A stretch of DNA of 63,564 nucleotides, counting the filler, from Octopus bimaculoides (Eukaryota): NCBI RefSeq assembly GCF_001194135.2. It is 5 parts of 4 records of this genome, joined end to end, with 100 filler letters (N's around TTAATTAATTAA, not from the genome) between each part and the next. Parts side by side here need not be neighbours in the genome. Positions count along the whole stretch, not along the records: positions 16,970 to 38,411 come from NC_068991.1; positions 38,512 to 58,241 come from NC_069008.1; 3 more parts are not named here. One strand, written 5' to 3'. Under the pieces are notes generated by a model. The model worked only from the letters and a program-made list of their open reading frames with translations. It ran no database searches and was not told where the DNA came from. Position numbers and translations under genes: made by a program. Within the stretch, counting starts at the first letter, position 1, and every line of letters starts with the position of its first letter. Positions 36,776 through 50,533 of the stretch are shown one piece after another.

Positions 36776-37434
36776 TACATATGTATGTGTGTGCTTGTTT
36801 GTGTGTGTGTATACATGTATGCATGTATGCATATGTATGTATTATTTTCCAGTTCTATACTGTTCCACAAAATTTATTTTATTGATTTCCTACATATTTA
36901 TTATATATTTATATAGCGTTTGTCCAGTAGAGTTTTCTGATGAAAAGCGTTAAGTTGGTCAATCGGCCAACAAGGGTTTCTATGTATTTATTGATTAGTT
37001 TTATTTTGTTTTTGTTTTGTTTTGTTATTTATTTGTCTGTGTATCCATGTGCATACATCAAGTTTCGCAAGTGATATATTGACTTTATGGTAAACGAATA
37101 ATATATCTGACATGAAAAAGTGATTTCCGACTTCATCTACGCCATTAGCGGACTCCATTTTGCTGTATGCATACGAGCCAAATTTGTTTTCTATGTATAA
37201 CTTCCTTCTATATTCTCATCATCAAAATCCGAGGCTCTAAAAAGAAAAAGAAAAAAATTATGATTGGCTTGGCCCTTTCTTATCTAAGTTCTAAATCGTG
37301 TAAAAAATGCATGAACAAAACATTGTTGTTGCAATTGTTATTGTTACTGTGAAGGCCCATGGTTTTGTGGTCGTAAATTCGATACTCAGCGACGTGTTGT
37401 GTCTTTGAGAAAATTTATCTTAACACATAATATA

Positions 37435-37520
37435 TATGGACCAGTGGTTAGGGTAGCAGACTTGCGGTCATAGGATCGCGGTTTCGATTCCCAGACCGGG
37501 CGTTGTGAGTGTTTATTGAT
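37435..37520 (+). mobile_element. SINE family C head fragment
   Basis: GGACCAGTGGTTAGGGTAGCAGACTTGCGGTCATAGGATCGCGGTTTCGATTCCCAGACCGGGCGTTGTGAGTGTTTATTGA. Confidence 0.85.
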
Positions 37521-38124
37521 GTGGCAGAGTTATTGCTGTTGTTAGAGGTGGTGGTAGTTGTTGTTTAACACTAAGTCCCACGATTAAAAGCGTGACCATG
37601 CCGTTTTTTTTTCTTTATATTTTCCAGAAGCATAACGTATTTAACGCAGTTCTCCCTTATTTAAGGTAGATATATGATTTGAAGATTTTCCCTGCTATTT
37701 CTAGCAGGTCGGTCAACCACTTAGATACTTCTGCGTTGTAGCAATTGTCACTGTGACATCATAAATAGAAGGTTATCTGTTGACACCAAGGTTCATTATC
37801 TGGTTCATGACTTTGTCTCGGTTAGCTCTCAGTAATGAAGATTTATTCGACTACAAGTTCCATTCAAATTCTGTTTCCATATCACGCGATAATATCCGAT
37901 TATGCTCTTGCATAATCTTATCCTGCGCATCTACCCTCATTCTACCCATTCCACACTTCTTGATTCTGTTTGAACGAGTTATTCTATCGTTGGTTCTTTT
38001 GAAAAGCCGAAATACCAACGAAATACGCTTACACATATATTTAAGGAACAGAATAATACAATCACTTTCAGATAATGGTGGATGGCTGTAATAGTTTGTA
38101 GAGCAGAATATATTAAAATATACA

Positions 38125-38172
<48 letters not shown>

Positions 38173-38511
38173 CAATTGCAGCGTGGAAGGTGTTTATGAG
38201 CCATTTTAAATAACACACAAAATCCGTTAGATTCACTTCAGCATTTAAATTTAATTTGTCAAAATATTTTCGTCGCTTGTTTGGATTTTTCTGCTTTCAT
38301 TTCTGATAGCTAATACCATGACAGTGCCTTTTATTTTTACATGAATATCTGTGTATTACTTTTTCTTTTCTTCTCAGGATTTTATATTCCTATTTTATTT
38401 TATATTATTATNNNNNNNNNNNNNNNNNNNNNNNNNNNNNNNNNNNNNNNNNNNNTTAATTAATTAANNNNNNNNNNNNNNNNNNNNNNNNNNNNNNNNN
38501 NNNNNNNNNNN

Positions 38512-38585
<74 letters not shown>

Positions 38586-39339
38586 AATGTATCTGTCTGT
38601 CTATCTTACTCTCTTTCTCCCCCCCCCTCTCTCTACCGATAACTGTTTCTCCCTTTCACTCTCTTATTGTGTATTACTTCTGTTTCCTCATCGACTGCTA
38701 ACTGTTACCAACACCATGTCGCAAAACAGCTAAGTAACTCTCTGTCTCGCTTCTCTTTCTCAAAACTTGCAACTCATGAAAATGTCCATGCGCCTGAAGT
38801 ACGAGACACGCGAACAGAAGACAAAAGGAAGGAAGGAAGAAATCATTAACAATAAGAAGTTAAGGTAGAAATGAAGAGGAAAACTGGTTCGGCATTATTT
38901 ATCTTCCTTTCTATCGCACTCATTTTCTCTCTCTTGCGAATTCACTTTCACCGTTTCTCCCTCCACTCGCCCCCCCCTCTCTCGCGCGCGCTCTCAATAC
39001 TTACCGCTCCTAAAAAGAATTATCAGTATTTATAGAGAATTGATATCTAAAGTTATTTTATTAGAAAAATGTCACAAAAACGCTACGTTTGTTTATCCAT
39101 TCATAAGCTCTGTCGTTCGAATTGTTTACGTCTTACATCTTTTTTTTTTGAAACTATGGCTTTAGAATTTCTCTTTAACCTTATAAGCCACAGGTCAGCA
39201 GCAGAAAATGATTTAGTGATTTCATTCCACAACATCAATATTCGTGCAGCTTCTTGATTGTTTTTTTTCTTTCATAAGGGAATAGAACACTTGTTTACGG
39301 TTACCTTTTTAATAACATGTTTCTATCAACAATGCCACA

Positions 39340-40320
39340 GAAAAGCTGTATCGTACCTAAGGTGTACTCTGGGAGCAACAGAAACAAATGAACAGCGTCA
39401 ACAAAGATTCAAGTTACTGTTATCAGGAATACTTGAGACTGATAGTGAACGTGACACTCACTCCAAACATGGCAAGTTGTCCATGGTTAAATGGAATCTC
39501 CTGATGAACGATAGGATTACCTCCAGCAGAATGTTACCAAATTGACTGCACATAGACGTCATGAAATCGTATAACAGTGCCACATCAAGCTGAAAACTCA
39601 ACGAGTAAGACAAGCAGAGAGTCATTCATACATGAGCTGTGGGAAAGAGGTACCTTCAACTATGGTTCCGTAAAAATAGTTTCAATTGGTACGATTTCCA
39701 AAATGTGTGACAAATGCTTAGGTGATATATGGAAACAAGAAACAAGTGCAATGAGGGAAAATTAATCTACCAGTTCTTGTTGATTCACCAGATACTCTAA
39801 AACAGCTTCTTACTGCCGCCATTGAGAAATCTATGCATGTTTTAAAGAACATGGAAAAAATATAAATGTTTTTCACGTGGCTTCCTTTGGAGCTAGCATC
39901 CTCAGCATCAGAGGGAGAGAGAGAGAGATAAAGATTGAGATAATTCATGCAAACTTCTAAAAGTACAAGGGTAAATCTACCCTAAGGTTAGTTCACTTGA
40001 ATCCCTTCCCCATGAAGAGCCCTGGTTTCTTTAGTTGTACTTTACTGATAGCTTAAAGGGGCATGATAGAAATACCATCACAGTAGGCACACGGTTTGGG
40101 TTTATTCTTAAACTTGAAGTCCATGCAAAGAGCATCTATGTCAGAAGTTTCAAGTATGCCTTGGAGTCTGCACCCACTTTGGAGTTTCAAATTGTCATTG
40201 ATGAGCACAAGAGGCGATCAGATCATGCATTCAATTTTTACGAGTGCAATATGGTTGTTGTCATCATGAGTGAAAAACCACGTTGAAAAAGTGATATCAT
40301 TATGAAGTACAAAGACATAC
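39340..40320 (+). mobile_element. Helitron Rep/Hel N-terminal relic
   Basis: ETNEQRQQR-type N-terminal repeat; IGTISKMCDKC..WKQET; GKINLPVL.DSPDTLKQLL..HVLKNM..ASFGA; EEPWFL*LYF; YVRSFKYALE..FQIVIDEHKR, in Helitron Rep order. Frameshifted. Confidence 0.72.
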
Positions 40321-40969
40321 AAGAGGCACATAGATCCTCTGATACATTACAATATAACAATTTCAAATGAAATAAGACCAACCGTGTATATATAGAATAT
40401 ACTTGAATCTGATATATGTCATTTACACAATTAAATCATGAAATACACAATCGATATAAAGCAAGTATGACAGTGCATAGTTCCTTACATACAAACGTTA
40501 TGGGAAAGAATTTAATTCCTTACATGAAAATTAACTTTTCAAGAGAAATCAAATGATGCTTTATTAAAACATATATACTTACATTAAGAACAACACAAAT
40601 CATTTATAGCTATTTTTATATCTTCGGCAACAGCAGGTATTCTGAAAGTGTACGCATTTTAGAGGTAGATCAGTTTTAAGTAAACCTGAAGTTAAAGAGT
40701 ATATTAGAGAATTACATGATAAGAAGTTATAGTACTCGTACATGGATCGTCAGGGAATTTTGTTACTATCTGTAAAAAAAAATACTACATGATGGTTTTG
40801 GGTTACGAGTTAGGAGTAGGTAGTGACTTTGGATGCCGAGATAATAAGGAAATTTGTTCCTGAAGTGGAAAAGTTGAGTGATTTCAGCGTGGAAGAGAAA
40901 TATATGGTCATCAAAACAGTTAGGACGATGTTTGTTTATGATTTTTCTACACTGCTAAGGACGACGAAG

Positions 40970-41016
<47 letters not shown>

Positions 41017-41561
41017 NNNNNNNNNNNNNNNNNNNNNNNNNNNNNNNNNNNNNNNNNNNNNNNNNNNNNNNNNNNNNNNNNNNNNNNNNNNNNNNNNNNN
41101 NNNNNNNNNNNNNNNNNNNNNNNNNNNNNNNNNNNNNNNNNNNNNNNNNNNNNNNNNNNNNNNNNNNNNNNNNNNNNNNNNNNNNNNNNNNNNNNNNNNN
41201 NNNNNNNNNNNNNNNNNNNNNNNNNNNNNNNNNNNNNNNNNNNNNNNNNNNNNNNNNNNNNNNNNNNNNNNNNNNNNNNNNNNNNNNNNNNNNNNNNNNN
41301 NNNNNNNNNNNNNNNNNNNNNNNNNNNNNNNNNNNNNNNNNNNNNNNNNNNNNNNNNNNNNNNNNNNNNNNNNNNNNNNNNNNNNNNNNNNNNNNNNNNN
41401 NNNNNNNNNNNNNNNNNNNNNNNNNNNNNNNNNNNNNNNNNNNNNNNNNNNNNNNNNNNNNNNNNNNNNNNNNNNNNNNNNNNNNNNNNNNNNNNNNNNN
41501 NNNNNNNNNNNNNNNNNNNNNNNNNNNNNNNNNNNNNNNNNNNNNNNNNNNNNNNNNNNNN

Positions 41562-41935
41562 TTTTGCCCCCGGCCATTTAAAGTAGATCTCACACATGGT
41601 TTCAGTAAGATGGGGCAATTTCTCATACCACAAGAGAAACAATGCAATTACTACGGCAGTGCTTTGGAGAGAAAATAATCTCCCGCTACGACAATGTCAA
41701 CAGGCCTTTACGCTCCGCAGACTTGACTAGCCCGGATTTTTTCTTGTGGGGATACCTACTTGAAAGAGAGGATTTATGTCAACAAACCGGACATCTTGGT
41801 GCAACCGAAGGAGAACAGTAATAGAGAAATCAGAGAAACTCTTGAGGGTGTTATGGTGAGAGTTTTGGAAAGAGCACGGCCGTGCGAAGACGAAAATGGC
41901 AGCCATTTAAGCGATGTCATTTTTTATATGTGATG
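41562..41935 (+). pseudogene. rosa/DD41D-like Tc1/mariner transposase C-terminal remnant
   Basis: WFQ*DGAISHTTRETMQLLRQCFGEKIISR..RSADLTSPDFFLWGY..KERIYVNKP..NGSHLSDVIF. Confidence 0.85.
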
Positions 41936-42729
41936 TAATGGTGTTGCAAAATTTGACTTGTGCATATTCATTTCTGTTATGTCCGTTATGTCCTTTGAAT
42001 TTCACTTCAGTCCGTACAGTTTTGTGTTTTTCCGTTGTTGACAGTTTCTTTCTGGTTTATTCGATATTGGCTCTTTGGTTCACTGAGTGACAAATTTCGC
42101 TTCAACGCGTACAATACTCTATTTTCCGTTTAAATTCCTTATTTATTTTCTGCCCGTTGTATAAAGAAACATAATTTCTGTTACCAAATTATTTTCATTG
42201 TTTTACTATCTTCTGCACTTGTGTATTTCTGTATACATATATAACCATGCGTAGAAGGAAAGTGTCAAAATTGTCGGCATAACTACAGATTTCTATAACT
42301 TCCCACCCACCCCACCACCACACACACACCACAAATTTGGATGATCATGACTTTCAGGAAAATGGATATTTTTTAATAAACTTTTCTACAAATATGAGTT
42401 ATATTATGTAGATTCCGAATATACAAATTTTTTGAGGGTGGGAGATAAGTGTTTTAGGGGGCGGAATTTCTGAAAATTCACCGGAGTCCACTTCAATTCG
42501 TCTTAATTTTCAAGAAAATGTAATTCTCTACAAATATACCTTGAATATGTAGATTCCAAGAACAGGAATTTTGGGGATAAACAATTGGGGTTTTTTTTGA
42601 GAACTGTTCCCCATTCGGAGGTGTTTCGGAACAAGTCGTCCATATTTGTTTCATTTTCTCCTTTTTGTGCGTTTTGTGCATCAGAGTGACGACATTAAAG
42701 GCGATTTTGGACTATTTTGCAGCGCGAGG

Positions 42730-43472
42730 GCATATTTTATGTCACGTTTTGTCACCGTGGATGAAACTTGGCTTCATTATCATGATCTCCAGATCAAGCC
42801 GCAATTAACAGAGTGGTGCCACAGTGGTTCACTGCGCGCCAAGAATCTACGGACCCAGCAGTCACCTAGAAAGATTCTGGGATCAGTGTTGTTGGACAAT
42901 GACGGAGTACTCCTCATGAAATACCTACCAAAGCGTGGAACCATCAACGCAAATTACGACATCTCTCTTTTGAACGAANNNNNNNNNNNNNNNNNNNNNN
43001 NNNNNNNNNNNNNNNNNNNNNNNNNNNNNNNNNNNNNNNNNNNNNNNNNNNNNNNNNNNNNNNNNNNNNNNNNNNNNNNNNNNNNNNNNNNNNNNNNNNN
43101 NNNNNNNNNNNNNNNNNNNNNNNNNNNNNNNNNNNNNNNNNNNNNNNNNNNNNNNNNNNNNNNNNNNNNNNNNNNNNNNNNNNNNNCCTACACTCCAAAC
43201 TTGGTCCTCACCGACTACTACCTCTTCCCACAACTGAAGAAATCTCTCAAGGAAATAAAATTTCATTCTGATTCGGAAGTGATCGCTGCTACAGAGGCTT
43301 GTTTGGAGGCCGAGCTTTCCGAGTTATTTTTACAGGGCTTAGGAAAATATGAAGGATTCCTGCAATAAATATATGGATCGAAGAAGGGAATATGTTGCCT
43401 AAAATCATAATTAACTGACCCTTGTATATTTTCTTTAATCTAAAGCCAGAGACGTTTCAGCACCCCCTCGTA
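42730..43472 (+). mobile_element. mariner (DD34D) transposase remnant with 3' TIR
   Basis: FVTVDETWLHYHD..KYLPKRGTINANY [gap] TPNLVLTDYYLFPQLKKSLK; end CAGCACCCCCTCG|TA. Confidence 0.88.
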
Positions 43473-44410
43473 TATATAATATAGAGAAGGTCAGTCTAAT
43501 ATTGTGCCTATTAAATATTTCATAGTATTTACTCGATTCGGAAAGCGTTTATTAATTGCAGCGAAGCATTTCCTCGGAATACTGGAAGCTATTTGCCTAC
43601 CAAATACTGCATTATATCAGGTTGTAGTCCTCGAATTGTTACTATGGTGCTTGTCCTCAGCGCTGATATTATTACCCTCGTTAGCATTGTCAGAAAGATA
43701 TAAACTCGCCAGGCATAAATAAATTCAGCTCGCTTCGGACCACGCTTGCGGAAAGAATATTTCATCAAGAAGGCGTCGTTTACCGTTTTGGAAACGTTTC
43801 ATCAAGAAACGAGAGAAAGAGTTGGATTATGTTTCTCAGCAATTTTAGACAACGAAGTGATAGTATCTGAAGTAACTTTTCAGACAGACAGAACTAATAG
43901 CACTGAATAATTTTCTCAGCAGAAAAAATTTAGCCCAGTTCAGAGGGTTTGAGCTTATAGATACGCCGTTTTGAGCATATGTATGTACATATGCTTGTTT
44001 GGTTTAGCATATAAATTATCATCAACAATTTTAAAGTTGACATAGTTGGTAAAGTCAAGAAAGGAGGCTAGATATACGTATATAATAATGTGATTTTAAC
44101 ACGCAATTTGTTATTTTTGAAACCGGTTATTGAAAAAAAACCGTTAGTTGAAAGGACCAATGAAACAAAACCATTTTCAAATGTGTATCTATCAAATAAT
44201 TGTATTTCTGCATATAACTTTATCTTGCTTCATTCTAAACAAAACTGTCTGTCGAATGGGAACATGAAACTCTGAGTAACAGTTTTTGTGATATTTTTGC
44301 TGCTTTTTAATAAAGCATATTACCCTGCCTTAGGTATTCGAGTGCTATTTTTTCTACCTTGCTTCGCATTTGTGCTTACTCTGGTATATATATATATATA
44401 TATATATATA

Positions 44411-44500
44411 CACGACGAACTTCTTTCAGTTTCCGTCTACGAAATCCACCCACAAGGTTTTTGCCGGTCCGAGGCTATAGTAGAAGGGATCTACTCAAGG
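44411..44500 (-). mobile_element. SINE family A fragment
   Basis: ACGACGAACTTCTTTCAGTTTCCGTCTACGAAATCCACCCACAAGG..CGAGGCTATAGTAGAAG. Confidence 0.8.
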
Positions 44501-44894
44501 TACAACTGGGTGACAGCGGAAGGGAGTGATGCATATAAACTTAAAGTTATTACCAGTTCAAATATACTCGGGACATATTCGAACCCGTAAGAAAGTCATT
44601 CAACGTGTTTTGTCAGTGAGAATATTTCTAAATTTCTCGCTGTAGGCAGAAAGTGGTAAAGTAAGTTCACAGCGTTCCTTATCCAGACTGGGGAACGCCT
44701 GCATTTCGAAGTTGTTATCTTCTCTTCAGCATCCAAAGACCAGAAAGGTTGACACTGAACTGACAAGAGGGGGCATGGAGTTCATTATTTAAACATAAAC
44801 ATAGAGATATCACAACAATGGAGTTGTTGCGGTAGAAGGTATTATGTAAATAAGGGAGTAAGAAATTGTGCTTACGTCTTTTCCCTTATTTATA

Positions 44895-45455
<561 letters not shown>

Positions 45456-45560
45456 CGTATGCAGACACTCAGATATGGCTTGATGAAGGTTTGCGTTTAC
45501 AACCGAAAGACAAAAAATAATCACAAAAGTTAGTGTGTATATTAGAACAATAATATATGC

Positions 45561-45870
45561 GTGTACATGTGTTTATATCTGTGTACGTGTGTTTGTATCT
45601 GTGTACGTGTGTTTATATCTGTGTACATGTGTTTGTATCTGTGTACGTGTGTTTGTATCTGTGTACGTGTGTTTATATCTGTGTACATGTGTTTATATCT
45701 GTGTACATGTGTTTGTATCTGTGTACGTGTGTTTATATCTGTGTACGTGTGTTTGTATCTGTGTACATGTGTTTATATCTGTGTACGTGTGTTTATATCT
45801 GTGTACGTGTGTTTGTATCTGTCTTCGTGTGTTTATATCTGTGTACGTGTGTTTGTATCTGTGTACGTGT
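45561..45870. repeat. 20-bp minisatellite GTGTACRTGTGTTTRTATCT x ~15.5
   Basis: Direct reading; two variable positions. Confidence 0.97.
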
Positions 45871-46898
45871 CTAGCTGTTATGTGCTTGTGCGTGTGTCTT
45901 TCGACTGTTTTATTCCACAGAGTTTATCCCGTCTTTGGTTTCTTCATCTTCAATTATGTTTTTATTTCATTTTATATATATATATATTTTTTTTGGTTTG
46001 TATTTTTGTACACTGGTTGTCTCTTTTCTCTCCGGTCCCCGTCTCCGCCCTCCTTTCTTCATAATGCGATCTACTTCGTCAACGAGAAAATAGCTTAATT
46101 ATAAAACAGCAAAAAGTACGTCACAAAAACAACAATCACATTGATAGTATTAGCAATAACAGCAAGAAAAACGACAAGAGTTTATAATTTCCGTTTCCTG
46201 TTTACTTTCATTTTTTTACATATATATTTTTTCTTTTTTTTTTACTCTCACGGGGAATTCGAACACACGAAGCCTTTACACCACTCTTTCCTCTCCCGCT
46301 ACTTTCACTTATATTCTCACCCTCCTCCGACCGTTTCCCCCAATCTCACCACCCACCTCCACCAACACTACCACCAACACCACCGCACCCTTCACTACCA
46401 TTACCACGCAACAACCACTAACGATTCCATCAAGCCACTACAACCGCACAAGAATTACAACAACTACAACAACTATTTTTCCTCATCTTTTAAGGGGTCA
46501 AGCTACGTCGAACAAGGATAGCAAGGAGTCATCACTCGGGTTCGCTCGGGTTCATTTGCTCTTGCCTGGAGCTTCACATGTGCGCGCGCGACTGCATGCA
46601 TGAATATATATGTGCGTATACATGTATATACACACACAGACATACATATATCCGTATGTGTGTGTTTATGCGTATAAAAATACATACATACACACACACG
46701 TATGTATATATATATATATATATATATGTTCATTGGAACGTTAATGTGTGTCCATCTGGCGTCCTGTTGTTGGTATCCGATCTGTCCAATGGAAGAAGTG
46801 TGCGTGTCTGTCTGTTTGTCTCTCTGCTTGTTTGTTTGCATGTATGTATGTATATATGTATGTATGTATGTATGCATGTATGTATGTGTGTATATATG

Positions 46899-46932
<34 letters not shown>

Positions 46933-47597
46933 TATATGTATGTATGTTTGTATATATGTATGTATGTATGTATGTGTGTATGTATGTATATATGTATGTA
47001 TGTATATATGTATGTATGTATATATGTANNNNNNNNNNNNNNNNNNNNNNNNNNNNNNNNNNNNNNNNNNNNNNNNNNNNNNNNNNNNNNNNNNNNNNNN
47101 NNNNNNNNNNNNNNNNNNNNNNNNNNNNNNNNNNNNNNNNNNNNNNNNNNNNNNNNNNNNNNNNNNNNNNNNNNNNNNNNNNNNNNNNNNNNNNNNNNNN
47201 NNNNNNNNNNNNNNNNNNNNNNNNNNNNNNNNNNNNNNNNNNNNNNNNNNNNNNNNNNNNNNNNNNNNNNNNNNNNNNNNNNNNNNNNNNNNNNNNNNNN
47301 NNNNNNNNNNNNNNNNNNNNNNNNNNNNNNNNNNNNNNNNNNNNNNNNNNNNNNNNNNNNNNNNNNNNNNNNNNNNNNNNNNNNNNNNNNNNNNNNNNNN
47401 NNNNNNNNNNNNNNNNNNNNNNNNNNNNNNNNNNNNNNNNNNNNNNNNNNNNNNNNNNNNNNNNNNNNNNNNNNNNNNNNNNNNNNNNNNNNNNNNNNNN
47501 NNNNNNNNNNNNNNNNNNNNNNNNNNNNNNNTTTAAAAAAAAAAACTATTCCACTCACTTTTCTCTGCTCCGCCTAGCCCGCTGACGTTTTATTGAA

Positions 47598-47665
47598 ACC
47601 ACCGCCGCCGCAGCCGCAGCCGCCGCCGCCGCCGCCGCCGCCGACGCCGCTGCCACCACCACCAG
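47598..47665. repeat. (CCG)n/(CCA)n GC-rich trinucleotide tract
   Basis: Direct reading; the only substantial CCG array seen in the window. Confidence 0.9.
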
Positions 47666-49111
47666 TACTACCCACCCCCGAGCACTCGTGACAATCATCC
47701 ACCCCACATTTACCACCACAACCTTACAAATCACCATCATCATCATCATCATCATCAACGGCAAACGTCCACCACTACTACGACAGTAACCCGACCGCAA
47801 CCAAATTTGTGAAGAAATATCGACGACGACGAGAACCCCACCACCACCACCAACAACAACAACACCATTACATTCATTGACAAAGGCACCTCAACTTGAT
47901 AACCGGACCAGTCAGAAATAGCAGTCAAATCTCCTTCGAATGACTTAAAACAGGACACGTTAAATAACATGGTTTTGAGCGCTTTGTAGTTAAGAATTAC
48001 ACAGTACGGTCACATTTGGATTGCCTTCACTTAGACGTTTGTTCATCAAGGCTGACTTCGGCCTATATAATAACAACGGCACATCTCCCCAGACAAAAGT
48101 CCCTACCTAGTCATACGATCTGCTAGAAATAGGGATCATATTTCCCTCAAATCATATTACATCGTCGCTAGGAAATATGAAAAGGAAATATTAGTTCACA
48201 AGATGTCTTTAAGATACAGAGATCTTAGGGGTAAAAATTGACCATAAGAAAGAACTAGATGATGTAACCCTAGATGAAAGATCTTTGAATGAAATATGAG
48301 CTGGTCATGGCTTATAGATTTGCTGCATCAGAGATGATCAACTTCACCGTCTTATCCAATGCGAGAGAACTTCTGGGTTATCACCGAATCTACTAAAAAT
48401 TAAAGAGGAACTTCTCTTAACTCAGATTTTGAAGTGAAAGAGAAAACAAATTGGATAATGAAGTCCTCGAAACATTATTCTGGAAAAATAGACGGGTTGC
48501 TCATGGCTGGAACGCCTCTGAGCACTGAGCTTGTGGATCAAGCCAGGACTAGGGCTAAACTGCACCAACGCAAAACGCCATCCGGTGAACTATCACTCTG
48601 CATTTATCGGTCCAAAACGACATTACCACTTTTTTTTCTTCTCGTCACTCGCCGAATAAGGGGAACAGTCCCAAAATATTAGTTTTCGGTTTCAGCGGTA
48701 ATTCCGAATTTTTCCTTGAAGTCAATCTCTCAGCTCATTGCTCTTTGAATATTTAATCAAATGATGAAGTGTAAAGTCCATGATCTTTCTCAGAACCCAC
48801 GACACTGAAGAGAGGAATTTATCGTAAGACCGGAAACCTCATTCGAATAGTTACAGGAGTTTGTTCTCCGGTAAATGCATCAACAACACTCCCCACACCC
48901 CAAAAAACTAAATCAACACCCCTCCCGCCCCAAACTAAATGCATCATCCCACCCTAAAAAAACCCCAGAAAGGCTCGAGATTTTGATCGACCCGGGGCTA
49001 TGGTAGATGATATTTGTCCAAAGTGCCTTGCTGTAAGATCTAATTAGAAGTAACAGAGCTGTGAATCGCACTCCTTAACAACACTACCATCCCTACGCGC
49101 ATCTTGTGTAG

Positions 49112-49263
49112 TATTCTTTTATTCTTTTATTCTTTTATTCTTTTACTTGTTTCAGTCATTTGACTGCGGCCATGCTGGAGCACCGCCTTTAGTCGAATCA
49201 AATCGACCCCAGGACTTATTCTTTGTAAGCCTAGTACTTATTCTATCGGTCTCTTTTTGCCGA
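49112..49263 (-). mobile_element. SINE family A 3' end (young), rest in gap
   Basis: The reverse complement matches 54356-54497 base for base apart from tail repeat number. Confidence 0.92.
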
Positions 49264-50533
49264 NNNNNNNNNNNNNNNNNNNNNNNNNNNNNNNNNNNNN
49301 NNNNNNNNNNNNNNNNNNNNNNNNNNNNNNNNNNNNNNNNNNNNNNNNNNNNNNNNNNNNNNNNNNNNNNNNNNNNNNNNNNNNNNNNNNNNNNNNNNNN
49401 NNNNNNNNNNNNNNNNNNNNNNNNNNNNNNNNNNNNNNNNNNNNNNNNNNNNNNNNNNNNNNNNNNNNNNNNNNNNNNNNNNNNNNNNNNNNNNNNNNNN
49501 NNNNNNNNNNNNNNNNNNNNNNNNNNNNNNNNNNNNNNNNNNNNNNNNNNNNNNNNNNNNNNNNNNNNNNNNNNNNNNNNNNNNNNNNNNNNNNNNNNNN
49601 NNNNNNNNNNNNNNNNNNNNNNNNNNNNNNNNNNNNNNNNNNNNNNNNNNNNNNNNNNNNNNNNNNNNNNNNNNNNNNNNNNNNNNNNNNNNNNNNNNNN
49701 NNNNNNNNNNNNNNNNNNNNNNNNNNNNNNNNNNNNNNNNNNNNNNNNNNNNNNNNNNNNNNNNNNNNNNNNNNNNNNNNNNNNNNNNNNNNNNNNNNNN
49801 NNNNNNNNNNNNNNNNNNNNNNNNNNNNNNNNNNNNNNNNNNNNNNNNNNNNNNNNNNNNNNNNNNNNNNNNNNNNNNNNNNNNNNNNNNNNNNNNNNNN
49901 NNNNNNNNNNNNNNNNNNNNNNNNNNNNNNNNNNNNNNNNNNNNNNNNNNNNNNNNNNNNNNNNNNNNNNNNNNNNNNNNNNNNNNNNNNNNNNNNNNNN
50001 NNNNNNNNNNNNNNNNNNNNNNNNNNNNNNNNNNNNNNNNNNNNNNNNNNNNNNNNNNNNNNNNNNNNNNNNNACTACACCCGCACAACCTTCCCACAGC
50101 CATCTGACATCTCAATCACAAGTTCCCGACATTTTTCACAAACAGCTAAATATCTTTTCTGTTTTTTCATCTATCCAGAAACTTGATTATTAATCTAGAC
50201 TAATATCTGAATTCCAACTCCCGACGAGCCTTTGACGGAGTGACTCGATATATATATATATTAGAAAAAAATAATAATCAGGTACTCAGATTTCTGAATG
50301 GCTGTATATTTACAGATTTTTATTCATATGTCACATGTTTTATAAATTAGCGCTTTCACCTAGTCTTGTAGGTTTATAAAATTTTGAGAGAAACCTTGAG
50401 AGAATGTTTCTTTTTATAGTATTATTGAATGTGTAGGGGTGGAGATATATATAGAGAGATTACAAACGAAATGTAATTTTATATATATAGAGAGATTACA
50501 AACGAAATGTAATTTTTTCCCAAATAAATTGCA

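Noticed and set aside
48300-48700. 82-aa ORF and other short unique ORFs (21645, 43504, 60026, 60852)
   Set aside because: No recognisable domain or convincing splice signals.
50445-50516. 36-bp exact tandem duplication
   Set aside because: An ordinary slippage duplication anchored on a TA run.
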